From assembly GCA_054600435.1 (NCBI GenBank), contig BAAIJX010000027.1, forward strand, positions 62,001 through 126,000: a stretch of DNA of 64,000 nucleotides. The letters are read 5' to 3'. Each line of letters starts with the position of its first letter. Positions within the stretch are counted from its first letter, which is position 1. The notes under the pieces are model-generated. The model was not told where the DNA came from. It saw only the letters and a program-made list of their open reading frames with translations, and did no database searches. A program made the translations under genes and the position numbers. Positions 47,369-59,167 of the stretch are shown here, in pieces. Source of the DNA: Neophaeotheca triangularis (lineage: Eukaryota).

Positions 47369-48514
47369 AGATATCTGCAATAGGCTCGCTTGTTCCCCTT
47401 TTCCACTTGCGTCTCATTTAATGCGAGGTCACTAGTACCGAAGAACAGGGCAATGGGTGTCCATCCCGAGGGCGACAGCTCTGCCACGGCACGCTAGCTT
47501 TCAGGAATCTTTTCGTATCTCGATCATATATATAGCAGACAACCGACAACAGTAGATAGCGAAAGCGGCACGCATAACACACGGCGCAAAGTTTTTTTGA
47601 CACGCAACGTTGACAGTGTAAACCATCCGTACCGCAGTACCTCAAAGCCATGACGTCTTGGCAACCATGTGTAGCCCTTGTGAGACTGCGCGTGATCCCT
47701 ACACATTCTGATCTTGCCGCTCCCCTGTCAAGCAAAATTACCACAAGAGTGATTCCTGGGGTCTTGATGTGGTCGGTACTGACCTTCAGCTTTTGTAAAC
47801 TCGGCCCTTTCCCATTGGCCGCAGACATCTCGCGCTAATGTGCGGACTTTTTTTGCATTATGATCACAGTGGTCGCTCGCTTCTTGGAGAATTCGCCGGG
47901 ATGTTCTTCTCATCGAAAATTGCCAGGGACGGCTCCGATGTATGTTGTGGAAGTTCGACAATTGGTGTGGAGCTCTTCCCGGCGGTGCTTGATCGTTCAT
48001 CATGCGTTGCTGCGGAGTCTCGAGGGCGCTGGCTCTGGATCCCAGGGCTAATATTTCCGTTGCATGACTATGCGGTATTGAATGATTTCTGCCGAGATGC
48101 TGCTGTGCGTGGAGAGCTGCGGAACGAGCGACGTCTCGACTGCAGAGCTCATTTGCGAAGATACTCACTCCGTTGCCATTTGGGTAGATCTAGGTTTGGG
48201 ATACACAGAGCGACATGTGTACGGGGCGGAATGCACTTGCGGCTCTTTGCCCCTTTCACTTAACGATATATCAGGTCGCATGTAAAACCTTGATCTGTGA
48301 ATTGGAAGATGCCTTTGAGGGGAAAACAAACATACGCGCCCTTCTACAGCATGGAGGCATGATGTGGAGGCATGATGTCTGCGTAGCCGACTAAGGGCTT
48401 GTACGTTGGTGAAACTCGTTACGCTTTCGGTTGGATCGTTCTCTATCGCACCAGCTGAGGGGTGTTCATGCAGTTTTTCTGGTCGACACTAGAGGGTCGT
48501 AGGTCGTCGAGGGA

Positions 48515-48793
48515 TGGGATGTGCCTGATTTCTTGCATTAGAGTGTAGAAGGTGCACATGTCGCCGGATAAAAGTTTGATATCTACAGTCTCGGTGTTTG
48601 AAGGCTGAGGTCAGCATGTTCCTGTAACGGCCGGACTTGTGGGTGTAGTTGGAGAGTGTTGTCTCCTCTCAAGCTTATCGGTCAGGGCTAGGTTGCGGTG
48701 CCTAACGGCATGCAGCCAGGTGGCGAAGACGGCGGCATTGACGGACATGATTACCATGGTCAGTGTTCTGATGTTATCATCGTAGTCTGCCAA
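48515..48793 (-). pseudogene. Degenerate rhomboid-protease gene fragment
   Basis: VIMSVNAAVFATW, then after a frameshift SGRYRNMLTSAFKH, then after another shift GDMCTFYTL...IPSL. This follows the order of the rhomboid TM1, GRxWTLLTSAFSH and FNMxxxxxF motifs. Confidence 0.55.
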
Positions 48794-49456
48794 AAGCGTA
48801 GGGTCAATGGAAGGCTTCAGGCCCGGTCAGAACAAGAGAAAGCCGCCATAGCCATTGCCGGTCATATTGGCGAATGGGCTTTCGGCGTTTCCGAAGCTAT
48901 GATTGAACTCTGAAACTTGTACGGTGCTGCAAGTTAGGTGAAAGTGACGATACACGCGATAGCACGCTTGTCGCGGTGAAGGGCCGCCCTCTCGTTGCGT
49001 CCGCAGCAGCGATAAATGGTGAAAAATTAATGAAGACGTTCGTCACACAGCATACTTTACCTAGCCGCCGTTCCCCAGCCCGACACCCAAACGAGTGAGC
49101 CCTTCCTCTTCTGTGGGACTCTGGCCTAACGCTGTACTTAGACCTGCATCATAGTTCGCGATGAGTTTAGTGGGATGGGGTCAGTGGGACAAGGGAGACG
49201 AAAGAGGAGGTAAGGGTAAGCGTAAGGTAGGTTCAATGAGAAGTTGAAGTGAAGTCTAAGTCAGCCAATCACGAGGCTGATCGCTATCATGACTAAGCAT
49301 CAGCCCCACCAAGCATCCCACCTGCCCCCAAACCTCAAGCCTCCCTCCCCTCCCACATCAACCTCATGATTGCAATCACTACAGCTTACCAGTCACGCTG
49401 ACTGCAAACGACAGCAGACGTCAGGGCGTGAAAAGAAATGAACTGACATCGTCCCA

Positions 49457-50536
49457 ATGATGCTGGGAACAGCAAAGAACCCTCCCTTCAGGATGCCTAC
49501 ACCCAGAAGCTCTATGAGCCCATCGAGCCCAACAGCGATGAGCTCGCCGAAGCGTAAGCGCTCAGACTCGGATTCTGGTGAATCGCTGGATGAATACGGC
49601 ATAGGACATGTGAAGAGGCGAGCACTACCTTCGGCGCTACGCGTTGAGACCGACGGCAATGAACCTTATGAACATGACAAACTGGCCATGGACTCTGCAC
49701 TCGACAGCCCACGGTCAAAAGTAGCTGAAAGATTGAAGTCTCTGGACATTGATCCAGTAAAGCCGCTCAGACTCGATCCAAAAGCGTCGCCCGAGCCACA
49801 TCGGAACCGACTGAAACCGTTACCGCTGTTCGATCACTCAAAGAACAATACTTTTGAGGTGCAATCGCCTGAGCCACCAGCGATCTTAGAAACCCCAAGG
49901 CAGCAACCTCCCGGTCCCATGTCAAAGAATACAGAGGATCTGGCGGTAAATGAGATAGCAGAAACCCCCAACGCCTACCCCCAGCGAGAACCTTCTCCGC
50001 CACCTCCCTCAGCGGACCAAACCCGCCGCAAAATCGCCTTCGTACACATCTCAAGCCCCCCACCGGAGTCCAAACCGAGCAAACCATCCTCGCCACCACC
50101 TCCCGCTCCTCTCGCTTCACCCTCGCACTCTACAGATGACATCCACAAGCGCCCGATCTCACCCCTAACCCTCTCAAATCTCTTCGCCGAGACTCCCGCG
50201 GGCTCCAGCCCGCCCAGCAGCCTTCTCACATGGCAAGACTCCGAAATCACCGGCTACGATATTGATGCCACTTCCCCTGACGACGATGGCGAGGGGATCA
50301 ACGGCATTGGTTTCCGTCCGACGCCTGCGCAAGCTTATCAGCGGAGTCAGCAGCGCAAGCAGCAGGTCAGTGAATGGCGGGCGCGGGAAGCAAGGGAAGC
50401 GAGGCAGCGGCGGATCGAAAGGAGGGCTGGGAGGGGCAAACGGGAGGTTGGGGGGAGTAGTTTTCCTGCCGAGAGTGCGGATGAGGAGGCGCCCGGGGAG
50501 AAAAGGCGGATTGTACGGTTTGCTGAGGTGGAGTGA
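49457..50536 (+). CDS. Hypothetical protein, Pro/Ser-rich with a conserved-looking C-terminal motif
   Basis: 359-aa ORF with LTWQDSEITG...DDDGEGINGIGFRPTPAQAYQRSQQRKQQVSEW...VRF, a motif I recall from uncharacterised filamentous-fungal proteins. Confidence 0.8.
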   Translation: MMLGTAKNPPFRMPTPRSSMSPSSPTAMSSPKRKRSDSDSGESLDEYGIGHVKRRALPSALRVETDGNEPYEHDKLAMDSALDSPRSKVAERLKSLDIDPVKPLRLDPKASPEPHRNRLKPLPLFDHSKNNTFEVQSPEPPAILETPRQQPPGPMSKNTEDLAVNEIAETPNAYPQREPSPPPPSADQTRRKIAFVHISSPPPESKPSKPSSPPPPAPLASPSHSTDDIHKRPISPLTLSNLFAETPAGSSPPSSLLTWQDSEITGYDIDATSPDDDGEGINGIGFRPTPAQAYQRSQQRKQQVSEWRAREAREARQRRIERRAGRGKREVGGSSFPAESADEEAPGEKRRIVRFAEVE

Positions 50537-50884
50537 TTTTTGCTGAAACCATGAGCGCTGATGGGTAGAAGCGGTCGGGCTGAGTGTGGTGGAATGATGA
50601 TGTTTTACGAGATTTATGCCTTTGTTTTTGGCTATGGATAATGTACATACCCCCTCATGATGCTGATGCTGTGATGTTACAATTCTGTTTACCACAGGGA
50701 GTTTACGACATCGATCATCTGCAGCGTCATTGCCACTGCATTCTCTGCGAAAGTCCGTTTTCGGTCAAAAAGCGTGGCCATCCCCTTTCCTCCGCAATAT
50801 CTCCAGATCATAATCTGCAGGTGGCAAGTCAAGCGCAAAAGCCAGATCTACCTAGGCGCTATTAGCCAAGCAAGCCACTTCATC

Positions 50885-52811
50885 TCATCCATCCGTTTCA
50901 TCATCTTCATCGGCAGGAGACATCGTGCTCGGCCCCTCCGCCTCAGCAACCGCCAGCTCCAACTGCCACGTCTGTGGGCGGAAAGGCCACTCAATGAAAG
51001 CCTTAACAAGCCCCTCCAACATCTCCTCCGTCACCGTCCTCGTAATCACCAAACGCGGATCCATCCTCCCGCCCTTTCTCGCATCCGTTATAGCAGGAAC
51101 AGCGGGTATAAGATCCTGGGCGGCATTGGGCGCGATGGCGTCGAGACTTTCCGTCAGCGCGATGGTGCGGCGGAGGAAAAGGTGCTTGATGAATTCTTGC
51201 AGCACTTTGGACGCTTCGACCGAGTCTGCGGTGTCGGGGACTGAGAGATCGCGTGTGCTTGGGTGGAAATCTAGAAGGTTTAGAGGGCGCTTGGGCCAGT
51301 AGTCTGACTCTTCGGCTTTGAGTGTCGCGTAGCTGCGGCGGTCGCGGAGCAGGGTTGGTGGGTCGATGAAGAAGGCGATGATTTCTTCGGTGATGTCGTG
51401 GACGGTTTCTCGAAAGCGGGTGGAGTAATGGCCGCCTTGAATTAGGTCTTCTACTGTTTTGGAATGGCTGACGAGGCGCTGGTAGAGTGCTGAGTGGAAA
51501 TCAGGGGTTTTGGATTTTTCTTCGAGCTCTTTGAAGTTGGCTTCGAGCTGGACGGCGCAGAGGACGGCGTCGACGGCCAGAGCCATCCTAGAAGCGTTGA
51601 TCGATTTGAAGTCTGCGACTGGTTTGCTTGCGGCGAACGCTTCTGGGAAACGCATGTTTTGTCGTAGCTCGGTTTCTGTCGGGAGTGACTTTACTTGGGC
51701 CTCTCGCTGTCGCGCAGTTTTCATGCTGAACCTGCGATGAATATGCTCGCATCGTGACTCCTCCGCTGCAAGGGCTTTCTCGATCTCGTCAACGCTCGAG
51801 TACTTAATTTCAAGAGGTGATTGATACAGAACATCGATATCGGACTCCTTGTCTCGGTGTGCGAGCACATCTCTGCCTTCCGGGACCGTCATGCCCGCTT
51901 GTTCCATCTTCCAATCAACTTCCTTTTCCTTCCGCAGGTCAAGACCAGGTATTCTTGAACGGACCTTCCGCGACACGTTGCGCAGCTGAATGTCACGCAC
52001 GGAACTGAACCCTACAGTGCAGTCCACATGGCCGCCCATGCCTAGCATCGCGGCAAATGTTCGGCGATTCTTGACAGTGAAAGTGAAGTAGTTCTCAAGA
52101 AATGACTCCGGGATCCACCAAAGCATGCGGACGAGCCCATGCTGGTGCATCATCTCGTTTGACAGACCCGCATAGTTCATATGCCCAATCACTAAACTTT
52201 GGTAAAGAATGCGAGATGACCGGGCGACCCGGTGGACCTTGTACGCACGAGCAAGGTTGCCCGTGAGCAGGATTTTGGGATTAAACTGTCGTCGTCCTGG
52301 ATCCCCTTCTGGCAGCCTTCCGATGGGCTCTTCCACCAGATTTGGATCGCACAGCACTCGGCTGTAGTTGTTGAGATAGTTCTTCGGATGTGCACCCGGG
52401 AGCAGGGTGTGGCGATACTTGGAACCGGGGAGATCAAGCAATGGCTTGATGAACGCTTCGTGATATTTAGATTCCGGTTCCATCAAGATGTGACGCTTCG
52501 GTTGCAAGAATTCGTGCAGCTTCCTTGACCAGATACATGCCCCTGGATGGACATCGAGGAGGGTGCATCCTTTGTGCTGCTCCAAAGTTGGAGCTAGGTA
52601 TTCAATTATATCATCTGCACATGGACATCAGCCGCGTGAGCCCCATTAGCAAAACAAGGTGCATCGACTCACCACAGAGCCTCTCGCTGACGACCTCAAC
52701 ACGATTTGCGTCTTCACGGAAAAGACTCGCTAAGGTCTGCGTAGGGGACGTCTCCCCACGGGCGGTGGGTTTCCTCCTTGAAGCCGCATATAGTGAGCGG
52801 CTCAAACGCAT
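50885..52811 (-). CDS. MTF1: Mitochondrial transcription factor B / rRNA adenine dimethylase-like protein, 2 exons
   Basis: Arg-rich presequence; an intron (GTGAGT...CAG) gives VVSERLC|DDIIEYLAPTLEQHKGCTLLDVHPGACIWS. Also HILMEP, LLTGNL, GLVRMLWW and C-terminal AFIEWPFRP. Confidence 0.82.
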
Positions 52812-53087
52812 CGATGGAAGGAATGGCTATGCAAAGCTGCAAAGAATCAATTACATGTCAGGAACATGAAGACGGAAGCAGTGGCCCAGCATGAAGCAGC
52901 TGGTGAAGCCCCGAAAGTTGAAACAGCAAGTGACGTTGGTCCATGCTCACGTATCACGTCCCCGGATTCAGTGAATCTCAATCTATTAGGTGCATTCGAT
53001 GGACACCTAACCCAAGACTTGTAGACACGATACCCATACAAGGCAGTAAGGCCATGTGTCCGTGAACCCGCACATATAGCTTTAAAG

Positions 53088-55092
53088 ATGGCATTGTGTA
53101 AGTATACAAGCAAGCAGTACATGACCATCCAGCAGCAGCTGACTGACTCCAAGCCCGCAGCGACCCGCCTATTGACCCTTCGTCGATCGCCAATCCTCCT
53201 TAAGCTTCCCCCCTACCTGTCTGCACTTTGCATTGTGGTCGGAATTGCATGGCTTCTTGTCCTTCCTCTGAACGAATATTCTCGGCAAACGTACATCTCC
53301 GAGAACGCTATTCTTCCGGGCCAGGTTCATACGCACTTTGGGGGTAGCGAACACAATGTCTTTCGGGCGTATCGACAGGAGGTCTACGCGCTTTCTGAGC
53401 GGCCGGAAGAAGAAAGAGTGGGCGGATTGGAGCAAGTGCTGTCAGATCAAGGTCTAAAGGTGGCTACTCAACCGTACCGGTATGAGGTTGCGGGAGAGGT
53501 AATAGCCGGTACAAACGTTTATGGCGTGTTACAGGGGCCTCGCGCCGATGCTACCGAGGCCATGGTGCTCATGGCGGGCTGGTACAATGTTGATGGGAAG
53601 ATCAACTACTCCGGAGTTGCACTGGCGCTAGCACTGGGGCGATACTTTAAGCGCTGGAGCATCTGGAGCAAAGACATCATAATCCTCATCGCGGCGGACA
53701 GCACATACGGGCCGGAAGCATGGGTCTCAGCGTACCACAGCACATTGAGCGAGCCGACATCTTCTCGTAATGTAAGCTCTCTGGCAATTAGAGCCGGGGC
53801 TTTGCAAGGAGCCGTAGCGCTCGACTATCCAGCTGGACCGTGGGGCCACCGCTTCGACAAGATCGATATTCTCTACGATGGCATCAATGGTGCTCTGCCT
53901 AACTTGGACCTTCTCAACACCGCCGTCCACGTCGCAAGTAGTCAAAACGGAGTTGGAAGTAGCGTCCACGGCGTCTCGAAGCACGCAGACAACTATCAAG
54001 ATCGTGTCAAAGCATTGCTACGAGGTATCGTCACCCAGAGCGCAGGCCATGCTACCGGTCCTCATTCGGCGTTCATGCCTTATCACGTCGATGCCATCAC
54101 GTTGAAGACTGTGGGTAATGGCTGGCACGATGAGATGAGCCTCGGAAGAGTCACGGAAAGCTTAATGCGATCTATCAACAACTTGCTGGAGCACTTTCAT
54201 CAGTCATTCTTCTTCTACATCCTGCTAAACGCCAATCGCTTCGTCAGTATCGGTACGTATCTGCCGAGTGCAATGATCGTAGCCGGAAGCTTCACAATCA
54301 ATGCTTTGGCGCTGTGGTTGCAAAGCGGGAAGGCTCCGGCGAAGAAAGCAGCTTCACCAAAGGATGTTAAGAAGCACCAGGAACCCAGAATGGACGTGAT
54401 CAAAGAGGATGGCGAGATTGCTTTGGTGCCTCACGTCGCGCTCGAGAGCGTGGAGCGCAAGTTGGCACTGCCAGCTTTGTGCCTCATCGCCATTCACTTC
54501 GCCGGCCTGATACCTTTATACCTGCTAAACAACACTAGCATTCAGGTGAGTTCACTCTGCACTAATTGTATCCTCATACTCGCTGACATCCTCCACCAAA
54601 AAGTACCTCTACGTCGTCTTCCCTGCCATTTCCATCGCCTCCTTCCTCCTACCAGCTTCATTGAGCACGGTCCTCGTCCAAAAGTTCGCAATTTCAACTC
54701 AACAAGTGCAAATCTTGCAGTCTTTCTCGCTCATTCTCCTCGGCGCAGTGCTGTCAACTCTCGCCACTCTCAACTTCAGCCTCGCCCTCGTAGTGGCGCT
54801 ATTGGCGACTCCACTGGGCTTTGTACGGCAGCTTTCCACTGAGCGTTCAATCCAGGTGCTGCTTTCGGTCGCCGCTGTGGTCTCTATGGCAGTTGTGGCT
54901 CCGCCTACCGTACTGTGCGGCGTAAGCTGGTATTGGGGGAAGGATGTCTGGTGGTTGCTACAGGAAATGGCCAGGGGTTGGGGCGCTTTGGGTGTGTGGA
55001 CAAGTCTTGTCGTATGGGCTCTTTGGTGGCCCGCATGGATTATTGGAGGGACTGTAATGGCAAGTGGAATTCTGAAGCCAGTGGTAGTCTAG
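53088..55092 (+). CDS. GAA1: GPI transamidase subunit Gaa1, 3 exons
   Basis: TYISENAILPGQV, PRADATEA, WSKDII, LPNLDL and INNLLEHFHQSFFFY. Introns 53098-53160 and 54547-54603 join the multi-TM C-terminus (LATLNFSLA, WWPAW). Confidence 0.94.
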
Positions 55093-55450
55093 ACTGCAGG
55101 TGCGTATTGGTATATTCAATCTTTACGTTCGTTGCAGACTCGATCCGTCAGTAGGTATTGTCGTCTTCAGTAGACCCACGTGATTTTCTACGAGGCTTGG
55201 CACGCTTACAAAGCTCTGACGCTGGCGGCCCGGCTTCGACTTTCGACTTCGACTTCAACTCGCTTCTACCTTTTGGCTACCTAGGTACTTCTACATGCAC
55301 ACACATATGAGTAGCGCTTCATCGAAAGAGTACAAGCAATGCATTGAAGAAATGTATCAACAGCGTTCCTTTTGAAATCGGGCGCTGAGAACATCGAAAG
55401 TGAGGTAGGAAACTGATACTCTGGGTTAGTGGTGGTTGCTTCACTTCAAC

Positions 55451-58400
55451 ATGGACTTCAATATGCCCAACGGATATGGTATGTCGTACCCAGACCCAGA
55501 CATGCCACCTCAGGATCCATATCCCAGTATATCCCGACCGGCTTTCGAAGATGACTTCCCTCCTTTCGGACCCGCCGTACACGAAGGATTTGTTCCGCAA
55601 CAAGGATTTGGCCACCCCGATCATGGTCTCTCGGAAGCTCAACGCCTGGCAGAGGAATTCCACGTGCGCCATGGTAACCCAGGTCAAAGGCGAGGCTATA
55701 GTTTGAACGCAGATGACCCACTCGACTTCGAGGTGTCCGAAACAGCACGCGAATCTGAAAGCGACGAGAGATCGGACATCGACCAAGTGCTCAACAATTT
55801 AGGCGGCATACCTCTCCCGGTCGACGATGAGGAACGAGATCCAGACTACGCGTCTCATGAGGATCGCCACTCCGAGGGAGAAGCATCGGCAGATGAGATG
55901 GATGACGTGGAGGACGAGTCTCAGCGAGGGCGACCTAGAGGTCGGGGCCGGGGAAGAGGGAGGGGTCGAGGTAGCCGTGGTGGGCGTGGTGGGGGACGAG
56001 GTGGACGTTCTCGAAAAGGAGCGGTTGCCCGAATGCTCAAAGGCACTTCGCACGATCCCGCGCTCAACCGATCCCGTAATAGACTTCCCCTACCACGTGG
56101 CGAGAACCGTGGGCGAGGCAGAGTTCGTGGTCAGAAACCCAGGAAGGCGGTTGAGCCAGGTCCTCATTTCAGAGATAGCATGGGCAAAGCATGGTCCGCA
56201 GTGGCCAAAGGGGATACGGAGTTGACTCTTCATTGGGCGCAAGAGGCCGTCCGTCACAATCCCGAGATGGCTGTTGCACAGAATTTGCTGTCGAATACCT
56301 TCTTGAAGATGGGGCGACCCTGGGAATCTCTCGCCGCCGCCATCAACGGAGCAATTCCCAACCGCGACATCAACGGTCTGATGATGGCAGCGGAGAGCAC
56401 AATGCAGCTTGCCCGCCAGCAAGGACGGCCCAACGCGAAACACTATCAACAAGCAATAGGATGCTACATTAGAGTGACGATGTGGGACAGAAAGCACTAC
56501 GAGGCCCGAGCAAAGAAGTACGAGCTTTTTCGAGAGCTGGGAAACGATCTCAAGGCGCGGGCGGAATGTAAGCACATGATCAAATTGAGGCCTCACGATT
56601 TGGAGACTATCAGGGAGTACGCTGGGCTATGCGTCAGTCTCGGCGAGAGCTATGAAGCTAAGAACGCAAAGGAGGCGTACGATGTTGCGTTCAACTACTT
56701 CCACGACAAAGGAAAGCCTGTCGCTCAAGGCGATGTCGAAGCTCAGTGGGACCATCTCAACATCTACTTTGAGTTGTTCGACAAGATAAAAGGCGTAGAT
56801 ATGGAGACAGGGATTCGAGACCTGAAGCGCTACTGTCGGTGGTTTCTTGGACGCAAAGACGAAACCTTTTGGGATAACCACCAAGAAGATGACCGGGAGT
56901 TTGACATTGGTCACGAGCGAAGACTTTTCGTTCCTGAATTTCAGGAAGGCAAAGCCAGTAGGGATATTGAAAAATACGGCAACTCCATTCCTACTGAACT
57001 CTTTGTCCGACTCGGCATATTCCGCTTGCACCTTGGCCCTCAACACCATGACCAAGCTGTACAACACTTCAGGCAGCTACTGGACCGAGACCCCGAGGTT
57101 GAAGATCACGGCGATCTGTACATTGTCGCAGCTCAAGCACTGTACAGAGTTGGTAGACCTGCGCAAGCGGTGGAATTCTACAAGCCTCTGGATCGAGCCA
57201 AATACAGCTACAAACCCAACGAGCGATTGAGCGCAGCTTCTTGCTACCAAGTGAGCGGCAACATTGAGGACGCCGTCGACACCCTGGAGCAGCTGTTGAT
57301 CACTCAACCAAAGTACGAGAACGCCCGCAAGCAGTTGGCTGGTATCTACGAAAGCCAAGGTGACCTCACCAAAGCCCACGAAACTTTGCAGACGTACTTC
57401 AAAATTAAGAAGGCGTCGGATAGACAGGAAAGAGAACTGCAGAACAGAAGAAAAGCAGAGGCACGGGCGCGAGATCAAGAAAAACGCAGAGCTCGGACGG
57501 AAGCTGCGAAACAACAGCGGGTTCACGATAAAGAGGCCAAACAAGCACAGGTGATGCGGAAGCGTGAGGAGAGGGAGAGAGAGCGAGAGCTCAGAAAGAC
57601 GCAACCAAAGCAGCCACCGCCGAGAAGAACGCCAAAGGATCCCATGGCGAGCGACCTGCAAGCGGTGCCTACCAGGCCTGGTCTACCCATTGAATCCGTA
57701 TTAGACTTCAGCACTCCCCAAGAATCTCCAGAGGCCGATGAAGCTAGCAAGGCCAAACCCAAGCAGCCCAGAAGACAGAATGCGAGGAACGACACTGACC
57801 CAGCCGAGCTCCGTCGTATCCAGGATCTGGATGAGCGTATCAAAGCCAACTTTGAGGTGGTGGAAGACCTTTGGCCAGAGATTGAAGATGGGGAGGACGA
57901 AGAGCGCGTTCAAACCTGGATCGAGTGCGCTAGTGTCCTGTACGAAGACTTCTCGAGCACCAAGTACTTCTATCCGAGTCGGTGGAACGAAAGGATTCGC
58001 AAAGATCTACCTCGCAAAGAACTTGAGCAGGAGAATGAGGTGCTCAAGGATATGAAGATAATGATGAAGCGACTCGAAGGCAACGAGCAAACGGCTGGCG
58101 ATTCTAGTGATGGTGAAGACCAGAACGAGGATGAGGATGAAGAAAGTTACATCACCGCGGACAATTTGCCTCGAGTATTCTACGGTATCCCATTCGATAC
58201 TTGGCACCGCATCTTCGTTGATCTTGCCCTCCTACACGCCCGCCACGCCGATCAGGAGGCTTGCTACGACATTTTGAAAACCGGGCTCTGGCGCGCTAAT
58301 GTTTTCTACCATAACGAAAAGCTCCGCAACCTCACCCAAGCCGCAAGTCTGCATTGCGCGCTCGTCTTCAACGACGGCGAGCTGGTCTCAATGGTAACGC

Positions 58401-59167
58401 GCTATTTTATGAAAGAAGGCGAGCAACGCGCCGGCGCAACCTATCAACTCTACGCCGCAGCCCACATGCTCTGCCACGGCAGCAATGGCTGGTTCCAGTC
58501 AGGACCCAACCAAAAACTTTTCCTCCGCGCAATCAAGATGGTCGACTTCATCGCCATGGAACCCGCCTACCGCGATCTCTACGAATTTGGCGCGCAAATC
58601 AAGCAAGGCCTCGTCAGCCGCGTAGCCGCTCTCGACCGCGAAGGCGTGCACCGCGAGCTCGACCCGGGTCTGCTGACCGTCTACGGTCACATCGTCGGCA
58701 CCTCCAACCACAAGTACAGCTCCATTCCATACTACTACCGCGCGCTGGCGCTGCAGCCGCAGAACATCGGTCTCAACCTTGCCATTGCCACCACCTTCCT
58801 GCAGTACGGCATGAAACGCCAGACGGAGAACAGACAGTACGACATCGCCCAGGCTTTCGCGTTCTTGTACCGTTACTACGATTTGCGAGTCGCGAGCGGC
58901 AAGGCGATCGATAGGCAGGAAGCCGAGTATAATGTCGCCAGGACTTGGCATCAGCTGGGTTTGACGCATCTGGCTGCACCGGCTTATGAGAGGGTTTTGG
59001 CGCTGAGTGAGAGGGTGCAGGAGGAGAGGGAGGGGTGTGTGGATGGCGAGGGCGTTGAGGCGGAAGATTTCGCTATGGAGGCTGCGTTTGCGCTGCAGGG
59101 GATTTTTGCTCTCGGTGGGGATGATGAAGCTGCGCAGGCCTTTACGGAGAAGTGGTTGGTGTTGTAA
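55451..59167 (+). CDS. TFC4: RNA polymerase III transcription factor TFIIIC subunit Tfc4 (TPR protein)
   Basis: Acidic and RG-rich N-terminus, TPR-like helices, RWFLGRKDETFWD..EDDREFD, YGMKRQTENRQ and QEAEYNVAR.WHQLGLTHLA. Confidence 0.9.
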   Translation: MDFNMPNGYGMSYPDPDMPPQDPYPSISRPAFEDDFPPFGPAVHEGFVPQQGFGHPDHGLSEAQRLAEEFHVRHGNPGQRRGYSLNADDPLDFEVSETARESESDERSDIDQVLNNLGGIPLPVDDEERDPDYASHEDRHSEGEASADEMDDVEDESQRGRPRGRGRGRGRGRGSRGGRGGGRGGRSRKGAVARMLKGTSHDPALNRSRNRLPLPRGENRGRGRVRGQKPRKAVEPGPHFRDSMGKAWSAVAKGDTELTLHWAQEAVRHNPEMAVAQNLLSNTFLKMGRPWESLAAAINGAIPNRDINGLMMAAESTMQLARQQGRPNAKHYQQAIGCYIRVTMWDRKHYEARAKKYELFRELGNDLKARAECKHMIKLRPHDLETIREYAGLCVSLGESYEAKNAKEAYDVAFNYFHDKGKPVAQGDVEAQWDHLNIYFELFDKIKGVDMETGIRDLKRYCRWFLGRKDETFWDNHQEDDREFDIGHERRLFVPEFQEGKASRDIEKYGNSIPTELFVRLGIFRLHLGPQHHDQAVQHFRQLLDRDPEVEDHGDLYIVAAQALYRVGRPAQAVEFYKPLDRAKYSYKPNERLSAASCYQVSGNIEDAVDTLEQLLITQPKYENARKQLAGIYESQGDLTKAHETLQTYFKIKKASDRQERELQNRRKAEARARDQEKRRARTEAAKQQRVHDKEAKQAQVMRKREERERERELRKTQPKQPPPRRTPKDPMASDLQAVPTRPGLPIESVLDFSTPQESPEADEASKAKPKQPRRQNARNDTDPAELRRIQDLDERIKANFEVVEDLWPEIEDGEDEERVQTWIECASVLYEDFSSTKYFYPSRWNERIRKDLPRKELEQENEVLKDMKIMMKRLEGNEQTAGDSSDGEDQNEDEDEESYITADNLPRVFYGIPFDTWHRIFVDLALLHARHADQEACYDILKTGLWRANVFYHNEKLRNLTQAASLHCALVFNDGELVSMVTRYFMKEGEQRAGATYQLYAAAHMLCHGSNGWFQSGPNQKLFLRAIKMVDFIAMEPAYRDLYEFGAQIKQGLVSRVAALDREGVHRELDPGLLTVYGHIVGTSNHKYSSIPYYYRALALQPQNIGLNLAIATTFLQYGMKRQTENRQYDIAQAFAFLYRYYDLRVASGKAIDRQEAEYNVARTWHQLGLTHLAAPAYERVLALSERVQEEREGCVDGEGVEAEDFAMEAAFALQGIFALGGDDEAAQAFTEKWLVL

